Virus record (IMG/VR): IMGVR_UViG_3300003690_003362
From: an uncultured virus (IMG/VR IMGVR_UViG_3300003690_003362)
Lineage: Duplodnaviria; Heunggongvirae; Uroviricota; Caudoviricetes
Length of the DNA stretch: 64,000 bases
Strand: one strand, 5' to 3'
This document shows, one piece after another, positions 8,683 to 17,295 of the stretch; position 1 is the stretch's first letter, and each line of letters starts with the position of its first letter. The position numbers were made by a program, and so were the translations under genes. The notes under the pieces are model-generated. The model was not told the origin of the DNA. It saw only the letters and a list, made by a program, of their open reading frames with translations, and did not search any database.

Positions 8683-9640
8683 TTTTTCCTTCCTTAATAA
8701 TTTTTTTAAACATAATATATAAATCTAACCAACTGGTTTTTCCAATTCCATCTTCTAACATCATACCATCTGTGGTTGTTCTGTCAAACGTTAATTCAGT
8801 GTTTTTAACAATTTCTTTAATTGTTCTTTTTGTTTGTACAGAGATGCTTGGACTGTATAATTGCATTAATTTATAATTTTCTTTTATTGTGTCATGACTT
8901 TCAATGATGTTGTGGTAAGCTTTTAGGTTTGAATTTGTAAGTTTGCAATATTCGCTAACTTCATCAATCGTATATGTTTTGTCTTCAGACAAAAATGGCA
9001 AACGCTTTGCAATTGTTGGCAGTCCAACACCTTTTACTCCTTCTAGGTTATCACTTTTATCTCCAACAATTGCACGTGCTAATGCGAAATTAGTCGGATG
9101 AATGCCAAATTTTTCTATAATTGCATGTTTGTTTAAAACTTCATTTTGTACTGGCCTAAGAAGCACTGTTTCCTCATCTAGTAATTGAAAAAAATCTTTA
9201 TCACTAGAAATGACAACCTTTTGCCATCCTTCAAAATCGGGTATCTGGCAAACAAAAGAAATTATATCATCAGCCTCAAGTCCCTCAAACATTAATTGAG
9301 TGATTGGAAAATTATTTAAATAATCGATTAATCTTATTTGCTGCCAAATTTTATTTTGGAGTTCTTGTTCCTCAGTAAGATTTTTAATATCGCGGTTTAA
9401 ACGTAGTGGTTTTCTACCGGCTTTATAATTTTTATTTACAGCTTTGCGGCGGCTGCTTCCGCCTTTTCCGTCCCAACAGATAATAATTTTATCGGGCTTA
9501 ATTTCTCTACAAAGCTTTTGTAGAATTTTCAGAAACCCAACCGTGCCACCAACTGGATCTCCGTTTGGCGTTAAAGTAGGATTAACTATGTATGCTCTTA
9601 AAAATTGATTAAGGGCATCAATTATCATTACTCTTTTCAT
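8666..9640 (-). CDS. 5'-3' exonuclease / RNase H (PolI 5'-nuclease, T4 rnh-like)
   Basis: IIDALN, WDG, YKAGR, EADDII, SSDKDF, GDKSDNLEGVKGVG H3TH motifs. Confidence 0.92.
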   Translation of the reverse strand: MKRVMIIDALNQFLRAYIVNPTLTPNGDPVGGTVGFLKILQKLCREIKPDKIIICWDGKGGSSRRKAVNKNYKAGRKPLRLNRDIKNLTEEQELQNKIWQQIRLIDYLNNFPITQLMFEGLEADDIISFVCQIPDFEGWQKVVISSDKDFFQLLDEETVLLRPVQNEVLNKHAIIEKFGIHPTNFALARAIVGDKSDNLEGVKGVGLPTIAKRLPFLSEDKTYTIDEVSEYCKLTNSNLKAYHNIIESHDTIKENYKLMQLYSPSISVQTKRTIKEIVKNTELTFDRTTTDGMMLEDGIGKTSWLDLYIMFKKIIKEGKNEKVN

Positions 9641-9690
9641 TAAAATCTTATTTCCTTAAACTTGTTTTTTCTTTTTTGAAGAGTACCCTA

Positions 9691-10071
9691 TTACCGATAT
9701 CTGCGACGTATTACCCTTTTTCTTAGATTGCCTTTTTTATCGTAATGTCGTCGCACTGTGCGTTTTTTCAACTTTGGCTTTGGACGTTTATAAGTGCGTG
9801 GGCGCGGCTGAACACGTGGATATCGGTGATTATGTCTTATGACATAAGTTCGCCGAATACGTGGAGTATAATGTCTATGATGAGTTCTATAGCGATATCT
9901 ATATGGCCTATAGTAAATTGGTCTCTTATGTATAATATGACGATATCTTCGTGGAACTTCATTAATGTAGTTATATTCATAAGGGACAACTACAGGATCA
10001 AGACTAGCGTAGCAGCCCTGAATTACAATTGCAGTTCCGATAATTAAAATATAAATAATATGTTTTTTCAT
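9691..10071 (-). CDS. Arg/Tyr/His-rich lipoprotein-like protein
   Basis: N-terminal hydrophobic segment ending IQGC, highly basic low-complexity body. Confidence 0.5.
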   Translation of the reverse strand: MKKHIIYILIIGTAIVIQGCYASLDPVVVPYEYNYINEVPRRYRHIIHKRPIYYRPYRYRYRTHHRHYTPRIRRTYVIRHNHRYPRVQPRPRTYKRPKPKLKKRTVRRHYDKKGNLRKRVIRRRYR

Positions 10072-10095
10072 GATTAAACTTCTTTTTGTTTCCTT

Positions 10096-10521
10096 TTATA
10101 GTTTATAATATTCATATCCGCCGTTAGTTGAATAAACAACCTTTTTAACACCACAGTATTTCATTACAGAGTCACACATGTGGCAAGGCTTACTCAAACG
10201 AGTGTTTCCTTGTTTGTTTACTCTAACAACAAAAACGGTCGACCCTTCTGTATTCTTTTTTTCAATATTTAATACAGATCCTAATTCTGCGTGAAGGGTC
10301 GCTTTACCCCATTTTCTCTTTCTAAACTTGGCGCCAAACCTGTTAAAGCCTTTTTTGTTGCAAGAAGCATTAATAACTGCTGCTCCTCTAACCAACACAG
10401 CTCCATGTTTAAATTGAGGATAATTGCTTTGCTCTGCAATTTTTGTTGCTAAATCTAAATATTTTTGTGTCTTTCTGGATGGAATATATTTTGTCATCTC
10501 TAGTATAATAACATATTTCAT
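10096..10521 (-). CDS. Cytidine/dCMP deaminase-fold protein
   Basis: HGAVL, HAE and KPCHMC zinc motifs. Confidence 0.8.
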   Translation of the reverse strand: MKYVIILEMTKYIPSRKTQKYLDLATKIAEQSNYPQFKHGAVLVRGAAVINASCNKKGFNRFGAKFRKRKWGKATLHAELGSVLNIEKKNTEGSTVFVVRVNKQGNTRLSKPCHMCDSVMKYCGVKKVVYSTNGGYEYYKL

Positions 10522-10544
10522 CGCCTCTGTAAAGAGAAAAATAA

Positions 10545-10790
10545 TTAAGGTGGTGACACAATACCATATTTGTCATCCATTTTGTTCCAGTCTTCATAAA
10601 GTGTTTCTAAATTAACACTAATGTCAACATTCGTTGTTTTAAATTCTGCTCCGGGGTGGGCGCCATATTTAAAATAACTTCGACCTCCATCCACAAAAAT
10701 ACAACCGCAAGAACATCTTCTAAAATCATGTTGAGCGCGGGAATATACTATATCATTGCAACTCAGGCAATGAACTGCCTTAAGCTTCAT
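10545..10790 (-). CDS. Small zinc-ribbon phage protein
   Basis: CLSC..HDFRRCSCG..VDGG motif common in phages. Confidence 0.65.
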   Translation of the reverse strand: MKLKAVHCLSCNDIVYSRAQHDFRRCSCGCIFVDGGRSYFKYGAHPGAEFKTTNVDISVNLETLYEDWNKMDDKYGIVSPP

Positions 10791-10855
10791 TAACTTCTCC
10801 TTTTATATTAAATTGAACTGATTTGTTCATTAAGGTAATATTACTATATTTAAAT

Positions 10856-11059
10856 CTATTTGTCAAACTCAAAATACAGTTTTTCTAACTCTTCTCTAAT
10901 CATTTCTTCAAGATCCTCTTTGGTGAGTTCTTGATCTTGAGACTCGTTTGCGTGCACATGAAGTGCTGCGAGATACTTTTTAACAGAACCTTTTGTGCAA
11001 CCTACTTTTTTACCAGTATCTTTTTTATATACACACTTGCCTTTCGTTTTATAAGGCAT
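10856..11059 (-). CDS. Small hypothetical protein with C-terminal IxEEL tag
   Basis: Ends ..LTKEDLEEMIREELEKL. Confidence 0.55.
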   Translation of the reverse strand: MPYKTKGKCVYKKDTGKKVGCTKGSVKKYLAALHVHANESQDQELTKEDLEEMIREELEKLYFEFDK

Positions 11060-11293
11060 TTACTTTTTCTTCTTCTTTTTGCTTTTCAGAGGTCGCGATT
11101 CGTGACTATGCTCTTGTACAAGAGTTGGCTCAACATATTCTGGAAGTATACTTCTAACAATGGTGTCGCCAAATTTCATATCATATTCTTCAATCACACC
11201 ATTCTCGTTTAATGAATGCCACATCACTTTGCCAATAGATTCTTTTAAATTAAGTTTCTTTACTAAAGCTGAACTCAGCTTTCCTTCTTTCAT
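11060..11293 (-). CDS. Hypothetical protein
   Basis: 77-aa ORF abutting neighbours. Confidence 0.5.
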   Translation of the reverse strand: MKEGKLSSALVKKLNLKESIGKVMWHSLNENGVIEEYDMKFGDTIVRSILPEYVEPTLVQEHSHESRPLKSKKKKKK

Positions 11294-11464
11294 TCATTGA
11301 TGTTCAAGACTATCTTTTGTTTCTTCTTCCTTAGAACTAAGATTCTTTTTGTCCTTAAGCTTGTTGAGTTCTGTTCTTTTAGAAGAAGATAGTTTCTCTT
11401 TAAGAATATAAACACTTACTTCTTCTTGGACAATTTCTTCTAAACGTTTTCTGGTGATTTTCAT
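11294..11464 (-). CDS. 56-aa protein with N-terminal tag (not in the ORF track)
   Basis: Translated by hand: MKITRKRLEEIVQEEVSVYILKEKLSS..LEHQ*; GAGG RBS and late-type motif at 11495-11504. Confidence 0.7.
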   Translation of the reverse strand: MKITRKRLEEIVQEEVSVYILKEKLSSSKRTELNKLKDKKNLSSKEEETKDSLEHQ

Positions 11465-11543
11465 GTGATGTTTCCTCTACAGTCTCAAGCTCTTATAAAT
11501 AGTTTACGATAGTTTGTTTTTCACTTTGACAAGATAATTAGTT

Positions 11544-12653
11544 CTACTCTTTTTCCTTATAAAAAGCTTCGCCTTCCCCAATTCTATCATTAAACTTTCG
11601 TATTACTTCTTCATCCATAATTTCTAATGCGCGCGTTTTAAACTTTTCATTTTGAAGTTTTTCTACCCATGTGGCGCCTTGGAACTTTTCACAAGTACCG
11701 TCGCTATAACAAAGTTCATACCAAGCTCCAGCCTGCTTTAGAGAGTCTGAGCCTTTAATTGCGTCTAACCAGCTTTCTTCATCTTGAATGCCAATATCGT
11801 TTCCCCACAAAATCTTAAAATTGCATTGTCGGCCTTGTGTGCCAAAACGAGATTTCTCAAGCCTAATCTTTACTTCCGAACCAATCCTAAATCCTTTATT
11901 GTCGAGAACAAAGGAAGCTTTAGCTTTTCTGCCTGTAAGCCATATACGCAACGAATAAGCGTAAATCATAGCTTTACCCCCAGGAGTCATAAAAGGCGTT
12001 GTAAGAGCCTCTGAAGGGCTCCTAGTGATATTAGTTTTAAGCTGGTTTAATACAAGAAATGTCGATTGACTATTTGCGATAGGAACTGTAAGTTTTGACA
12101 TTCCTTTTGCAAGGATTCTTGCTTTAACTGCCATTGATGAAAGAGGATTAAAATCTCCCTCGATGTCTGAAATCGCTGGTGTCAAAGCCAGAGAATCCCA
12201 GATAAAAAGCATTTTATTGTCATTCTGCCCAAGTAGTTCTTCAATTGTTTCTAAAACAAATTCAACAGAAGTTGCTTGAACATAAGCAATATTATCTACA
12301 TCACAGCCCGAACTCGCCAAAAACTGTGGATCAAGGGCTGATTCTGAGTCAAAATAGACCACATCGATGCCCATCTTTTGGGCATTTGCAGCAATTTGAG
12401 CAGCCATGTATGATTTGCCAGTAGATTCTAAACCAGCAATCTCTATAATTTTACCAACTGGAATTCCTGCTAGTTTGCCACTACAAACAATAGAGTCAAG
12501 CCATCGCGAACCTGTTGGAATCCACTCTTTAACAAGAGTTGGACTGTCTTCATTTAAATTGTGCGCAACGTTCATACCAGCTTTTTTGTTGATAATGTTC
12601 CGCATATCTGCAATTGATATTCTACCAGTCTTTTTTGTTTTAGTTCTCGTCAT
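11544..12653 (-). CDS. recA: RecA/UvsX recombinase
   Basis: IPTGS, EIAGLESTGKS Walker A, YFDSESALD, WDSLA, NQLK, TPGGKA; likely start MTRTK at 12653. Confidence 0.92.
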   Translation of the reverse strand: MTRTKTKKTGRISIADMRNIINKKAGMNVAHNLNEDSPTLVKEWIPTGSRWLDSIVCSGKLAGIPVGKIIEIAGLESTGKSYMAAQIAANAQKMGIDVVYFDSESALDPQFLASSGCDVDNIAYVQATSVEFVLETIEELLGQNDNKMLFIWDSLALTPAISDIEGDFNPLSSMAVKARILAKGMSKLTVPIANSQSTFLVLNQLKTNITRSPSEALTTPFMTPGGKAMIYAYSLRIWLTGRKAKASFVLDNKGFRIGSEVKIRLEKSRFGTQGRQCNFKILWGNDIGIQDEESWLDAIKGSDSLKQAGAWYELCYSDGTCEKFQGATWVEKLQNEKFKTRALEIMDEEVIRKFNDRIGEGEAFYKEKE

Positions 12654-12736
12654 TATATTTCCTTTTCCTAAAATGTACAAACCAAGATAAGCAAGGTTCC
12701 CACAAACACAACTGAACAAATCATGTTTTTCTCCTT

Positions 12737-12773
12737 AATAAAAAGAAAGAGGGGAAATAAATTCCCCTCTTTC
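12737..12773 (-). terminator. Rho-independent terminator after SSB
   Basis: GAAAGAGGGGAA-TTTAT-TTCCCCTCTTTC followed by TTTTT. Confidence 0.8.
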
Positions 12774-12784
12774 AAACAAGCCAG

Positions 12785-13540
12785 TTATGCTAGCAAATCA
12801 GCAAATGCTTTATCAACAGAAGAGCTTTCCTTGGTCTCCGTGCTATTATATTTTGCTGTTTCAGATGAAACTTCTTCTGGGTCTTCATCTCCCAAAAGAA
12901 ATTCATCAAGCATTCCTTGAACTTCTTCATAAGTTTTACGGCTTCCTGCAAAAACTTCATCAAAATCTGGAACACTATCCAAAACTTCGCTGCATTTGGC
13001 CGGGCCTTCTTCACAAAGCGCGGAACTGCGGCGGCGTGGAGTGATGTTGGTTACTGGAAACGATGCTCCAGCTGGCTTACCATATGTAATAACCAGATCA
13101 GTACCAGCTTCAGGATCAGTTACGTCTCCATATTCAGGATTCAAAACCAAGTTTAAGATGGTTTCATATACTTGCTTCCCGAAACCCCAAAGACGAACAC
13201 CCTGTTCTTCTTCACCTCGGACAAGAACTGGGGCAAAGAAACGCTGACGAGCAGATAGCTTTTTAGCCATTCGCTTGCTTTCTTCTGTGCCTTCTTGCCA
13301 GAGATTTCGGACAAAAGAGTCCAAAGGACAATCCTCTCCAAAATTTCTCTTAGGGCTAAGAAAGCCCGGGTTGTCGCCAACATTATAATGGAACCAGTAG
13401 TCCTTAAACGGATCTCCATCTGAGGTAGGTACAATTCGGATAACGGATTCGCCATCTGGGGGACGCCAAAAACTAGAATTTCCTCCCTTACTTTTAAGGG
13501 AAGTCATTCGCTCCCGCATTTTTTTCATATCAAGTGTCAT
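12785..13540 (-). CDS. Single-stranded DNA-binding protein, T4 gp32-like
   Basis: FWRP..IRIVP..PFKDYWFHY..CPL..LWGFGK..YGDVTDPEAGTDL, acidic tail ending AFADLLA; adjacent to recA. Confidence 0.8.
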   Translation of the reverse strand: MTLDMKKMRERMTSLKSKGGNSSFWRPPDGESVIRIVPTSDGDPFKDYWFHYNVGDNPGFLSPKRNFGEDCPLDSFVRNLWQEGTEESKRMAKKLSARQRFFAPVLVRGEEEQGVRLWGFGKQVYETILNLVLNPEYGDVTDPEAGTDLVITYGKPAGASFPVTNITPRRRSSALCEEGPAKCSEVLDSVPDFDEVFAGSRKTYEEVQGMLDEFLLGDEDPEEVSSETAKYNSTETKESSSVDKAFADLLA

Positions 13541-13604
13541 AATTATTTTCTCCTTTGTTAAAGTCAATACGACAAATCTCTCGTATTGCTATTTTGTTGA
13601 TATT

Positions 13605-13633
13605 ATCATAACAAAAATTATTTTTTTTGTCAA
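13605..13633 (-). promoter_or_regulatory. Sigma70-like promoter for SSB
   Basis: TTGACA-17nt-TATGAT with extended TG. Confidence 0.7.
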
Positions 13634-14481
13634 GTACTTTTTTCATTTTTTTGCACTAATGTGCTAGTTGAGACACAACAAATATAAGGTTGCTCATAAT
13701 CAGTTGAGTGAATCACATAGCCACTATTAATTTTATCATGTTCTAAGTTCTTTTTAACCTGTTTTTTAATTTTTTTAATCAATGTGCCATCTGACTCCAA
13801 AGTTGTCTCAGGTATAGCATAATAATATCTCTTTTCGCGAGGAATGTCAAGATTAAAAAACAATTTTTCTTCACCAGTTTCGTAATCAACTATTCCAAGA
13901 GTTGATATTCGTGCAGTATCAATCGGTTTTGAAAAAGTGTCCATTACTGGTGTTTGATTATTAAAAACATTCGTCATGTGCATTGTAGAACTTATAAGCT
14001 GATTAATTTGATTAAAATATTCTCGCACAGGAACATCTCCTATGATATCAGTCATTTTTATATTATCTATAAGATAAAGTTTTTCAAATACGCTTGAGCG
14101 CGCATATTCTTGAAATACATTAAATAACAAATTATTTTGTAGTTTCTTTTCTTTGGATAAATTCATACTATCAGGTTTTATATATAAAACTGTAATTTTA
14201 CACTTTTTTTTGTGTAACTGGCTTAATAAACGCAAAGAAGCACCAGAAATATTTCCGCAACTAGTAATAAACAAAACATTTTGTTTAACTTTTTTCAAAA
14301 AAGTGTTTCCCAAATTAGGCAACTTTTCTTCATAAGCCTCTGGAGTATTCTGAAATTCCAACACATATGTGTCGTCTTCTTCCTGAATCTTGGTATCTAT
14401 TTTATAAATTTTATATTGTGGATAAACTTTAAACTTATCTGCAATTGCGCACCCGGCTTTTCCTAATCCAATTATATCCAT
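13630..14481 (-). CDS. Divergent tubulin/FtsZ-like (PhuZ/TubZ-like) protein
   Basis: N-terminal IIGLGKAGCAIA, KIDT, degenerate signature TSCGNISGAS, LIDN, YFNQIN. Confidence 0.65.
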   Translation of the reverse strand: MDIIGLGKAGCAIADKFKVYPQYKIYKIDTKIQEEDDTYVLEFQNTPEAYEEKLPNLGNTFLKKVKQNVLFITSCGNISGASLRLLSQLHKKKCKITVLYIKPDSMNLSKEKKLQNNLLFNVFQEYARSSVFEKLYLIDNIKMTDIIGDVPVREYFNQINQLISSTMHMTNVFNNQTPVMDTFSKPIDTARISTLGIVDYETGEEKLFFNLDIPREKRYYYAIPETTLESDGTLIKKIKKQVKKNLEHDKINSGYVIHSTDYEQPYICCVSTSTLVQKNEKST

Positions 14482-14482
14482 A

Positions 14483-15673
14483 TTATAGTTTTAATCTCTT
14501 CATTGAACCAAAATCACGACCAGCAGAGGTATTAACTAAAAAATTACCTAAGTCTGTTGTTTGAAATGCTTCTTTTATTTTCTTTAAACATTTAATATCT
14601 TTTTCAGCAAAATCTATTACAATAGAATCATGCAAAGCAAAGGCAATATAAGAATCTTTACCCTTTAACATTCGCCAGGCCTTAATCATTTGTCGTAAAA
14701 ACAAGTCAGCCGCTGTTGATTGAACAATATAGTTTAAAGCATGATGTTTGTCTGCTTCAATTTCTCTGGTAAAAAAAGTTGTCACTTGGCTTCCATTAAA
14801 ATATTTTTTAACCACGAAATCTCTATCATATATATTGTTTAAAAGAGAATCTTGTAATTTTGGATTATAAAGCCAAGCAAATATTCTTTTTTTAGCTTCT
14901 TCTCGTGTTGCACTATTCTTAAAAATGTTTTTTATATTCCACATATGAAGATCTTCTTGTGGCTGTTCTTTTCCTAATAGTCCAAGTAAAACTCGCAATT
15001 CGGCTGCGTTAAAATCAAATTCTACAAACCAATCATTATTTGGCTTTATTATTTTTCTATATGTTTTGTCCATTGTAAGTATCGGAAAAGAATTTTTAGT
15101 TGATAATCTTCCTGTTTTAGTCTTAAATGCATCATACACAATATATGGAGAAGTAGCCTTGTTGTATTTAATAAAGTTTCTTACTTTCAGTTTATGACGT
15201 TCTTCGTTTAGCTCGTCAAAATTAATATTTAATTTTTTGTTTTTTGTTTCTGTTAATACTTTGGTAAGATTTAATAGAAATTCATAATTATTTGGCTTTT
15301 CATAATTTGTAAACACATGCCGACATATACGATTCTTAATTTCTGCATATTCTTTTAAAAAGAATCTAGGGACCATATCAAAAAAACAATGTTCATTCAA
15401 ATCTAAACTAGTTTCTTGCATTGAACGATGGAAAGCCTTTAGCTGATTACTCACCTTATCCCAATTCTCTTTTAAATGACTAGGACAAACTTCATCCAAA
15501 GATTTTCCATTGCAATATAATTGTGCATATAACACATCTTTATCTTTAAGAAATTCTGAATATGACCATGTTTGTGTCATTTTTTTGCCTTTTGGAAGGT
15601 CTTTAAGATGTAGCTTATTATCTACGTATGTGGCAAGACAAGTTTGTTTGTCATCAAATGTTTGAAATAGCAT
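14483..15673 (-). CDS. polA: Family A DNA polymerase, polymerase domain only
   Basis: TGRLS, motif A DFNAAELR, motif B REEAKKRIFAWLY, NYIVQSTAAD, motif C HDS. Confidence 0.85.
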   Translation of the reverse strand: MLFQTFDDKQTCLATYVDNKLHLKDLPKGKKMTQTWSYSEFLKDKDVLYAQLYCNGKSLDEVCPSHLKENWDKVSNQLKAFHRSMQETSLDLNEHCFFDMVPRFFLKEYAEIKNRICRHVFTNYEKPNNYEFLLNLTKVLTETKNKKLNINFDELNEERHKLKVRNFIKYNKATSPYIVYDAFKTKTGRLSTKNSFPILTMDKTYRKIIKPNNDWFVEFDFNAAELRVLLGLLGKEQPQEDLHMWNIKNIFKNSATREEAKKRIFAWLYNPKLQDSLLNNIYDRDFVVKKYFNGSQVTTFFTREIEADKHHALNYIVQSTAADLFLRQMIKAWRMLKGKDSYIAFALHDSIVIDFAEKDIKCLKKIKEAFQTTDLGNFLVNTSAGRDFGSMKRLKL

Positions 15674-15691
15674 TAAAACCTCAAATTACAG

Positions 15692-17293
15692 CTATATATT
15701 TCCCACTGACAGGTAGTTGGAAACAAAAAAGGCAATCGCCTTTTGCACTTCCAGAGAATGATATACCCCGGCTGCGTCGTTAAATTTATTCATTATCAGA
15801 CTATCAATATATCTGATAGATTGCAAAAAGTCAAGTTTTTTTCTGTGTAAATATTCAGAATCCGATTGTGAAACTACTCTTTTATGTAGTTTACTAATCT
15901 CTATCATTCTTTTTAAGTGCTTGTTTCGCTCTTTGATGCTTAATGGCATATTAGCTTCTGCCATTCTAAGCTCAATATATACTTTAAACCAGTATTCTTT
16001 TCCATACTTGAGATTGTAATTTTCAAGTAAAATGTCTTCACGATCTATTTCTTTAAAACAGTTTCCTTCTTGTATTGTTAAAGTTGGATTTTGTATAATA
16101 TAGCTTTTATAATACTGATAGAATCTAGATTGTAAAGGACCAAAGGAATCAATAACCAAATAATAATAGTTATCAAAAAAGGAATCAAATTTTGTTATTC
16201 TAGAAGAACATTTTTTTCCCTCACAAATATAATTTCCAGAAGAATCAACTTCTGGATCTACGGCATTTACAAGTTGCTGGATTTCCCAATGATCTGCAAA
16301 CATATTTTTAACTTCTTCTTTTATTTGTTCCAATTGCGCGTTTACTTCGTTTCTTTTGTTTTCAATTGTATCAAAATTCCACGTTGAATCTGCTATTTCT
16401 TTTTCGCTCATATTCATTATTTGTTCTAAAGTTGGCATTTTAGGAAAACCACCAGCAGCCTTTAACTCGCTTTCTAGATTTTGTAACAATTGAGCCTCTT
16501 TTAATTTTATTACTTTATTTTCAGATGCCAAGCGCATATATTCTCTCATTTTGAAAGAACTTACGTCAGCAACCAATCTCCATGGAACATTTCTATCAAG
16601 CATGAAGCCGTGCTTTCTTGCTGCTATTTTATAAAAATTATAATTAGGGTCTTGAATAAATCTATGTTTTTCACTATCATCATCATATCTATGATCGTGG
16701 ATTTCTATGCATAGGCCGGTTGATAATGGAGAGATTATCATAGAAGTGTGAATAGCAGTATTAGTAAAGGGAGAAATTTTTAAAGATATTTTTGAATAAT
16801 TTATAAAATGCTTCATAAAATCAAAAAAGTTTCTTACTTGATTTCCTTTTTTTGCTTGATTTTTTAAATAGCTACTGACAAAAACAAAATAATGAGATTC
16901 ACTTTGAGCAATAAGATATTTTTCAACGTCAATATAACCTTTCTTTGGTTTAAATTCAGCAATAATACCCTCTTTTGTTAACCATTGGCTGAGAATGTGT
17001 TTGTTAATATAGTTTTGTAAATCCAAAAAAGCATCAGCAACAAAATCAAAAACCTTAACTTCTTCTGTTATATTTTTCAGTTGATTAGTGTTTGGAAAAA
17101 TAGGCTCCTTTTTTAAATTGATCTTTCCATACAAAGGGTTGGCATTAAAATCAATTGGTTTTTCAAACCATGTCCAACCTTTTTCTGGAAAGATTTTGTC
17201 ATTATAATAGTTTTTTTCTTGATATAAAGAAAAAGCAGATAATTGATTATTACCTTGTGCCATTCTTATATGTAATTCTTTTGTTGAGGCCAT
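15692..17293 (-). CDS. Hypothetical protein at end of tail operon
   Basis: 533-aa ORF translationally coupled to upstream baseplate gene. Confidence 0.55.
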   Translation of the reverse strand: MASTKELHIRMAQGNNQLSAFSLYQEKNYYNDKIFPEKGWTWFEKPIDFNANPLYGKINLKKEPIFPNTNQLKNITEEVKVFDFVADAFLDLQNYINKHILSQWLTKEGIIAEFKPKKGYIDVEKYLIAQSESHYFVFVSSYLKNQAKKGNQVRNFFDFMKHFINYSKISLKISPFTNTAIHTSMIISPLSTGLCIEIHDHRYDDDSEKHRFIQDPNYNFYKIAARKHGFMLDRNVPWRLVADVSSFKMREYMRLASENKVIKLKEAQLLQNLESELKAAGGFPKMPTLEQIMNMSEKEIADSTWNFDTIENKRNEVNAQLEQIKEEVKNMFADHWEIQQLVNAVDPEVDSSGNYICEGKKCSSRITKFDSFFDNYYYLVIDSFGPLQSRFYQYYKSYIIQNPTLTIQEGNCFKEIDREDILLENYNLKYGKEYWFKVYIELRMAEANMPLSIKERNKHLKRMIEISKLHKRVVSQSDSEYLHRKKLDFLQSIRYIDSLIMNKFNDAAGVYHSLEVQKAIAFFVSNYLSVGNI

Positions 17294-17295
17294 GT

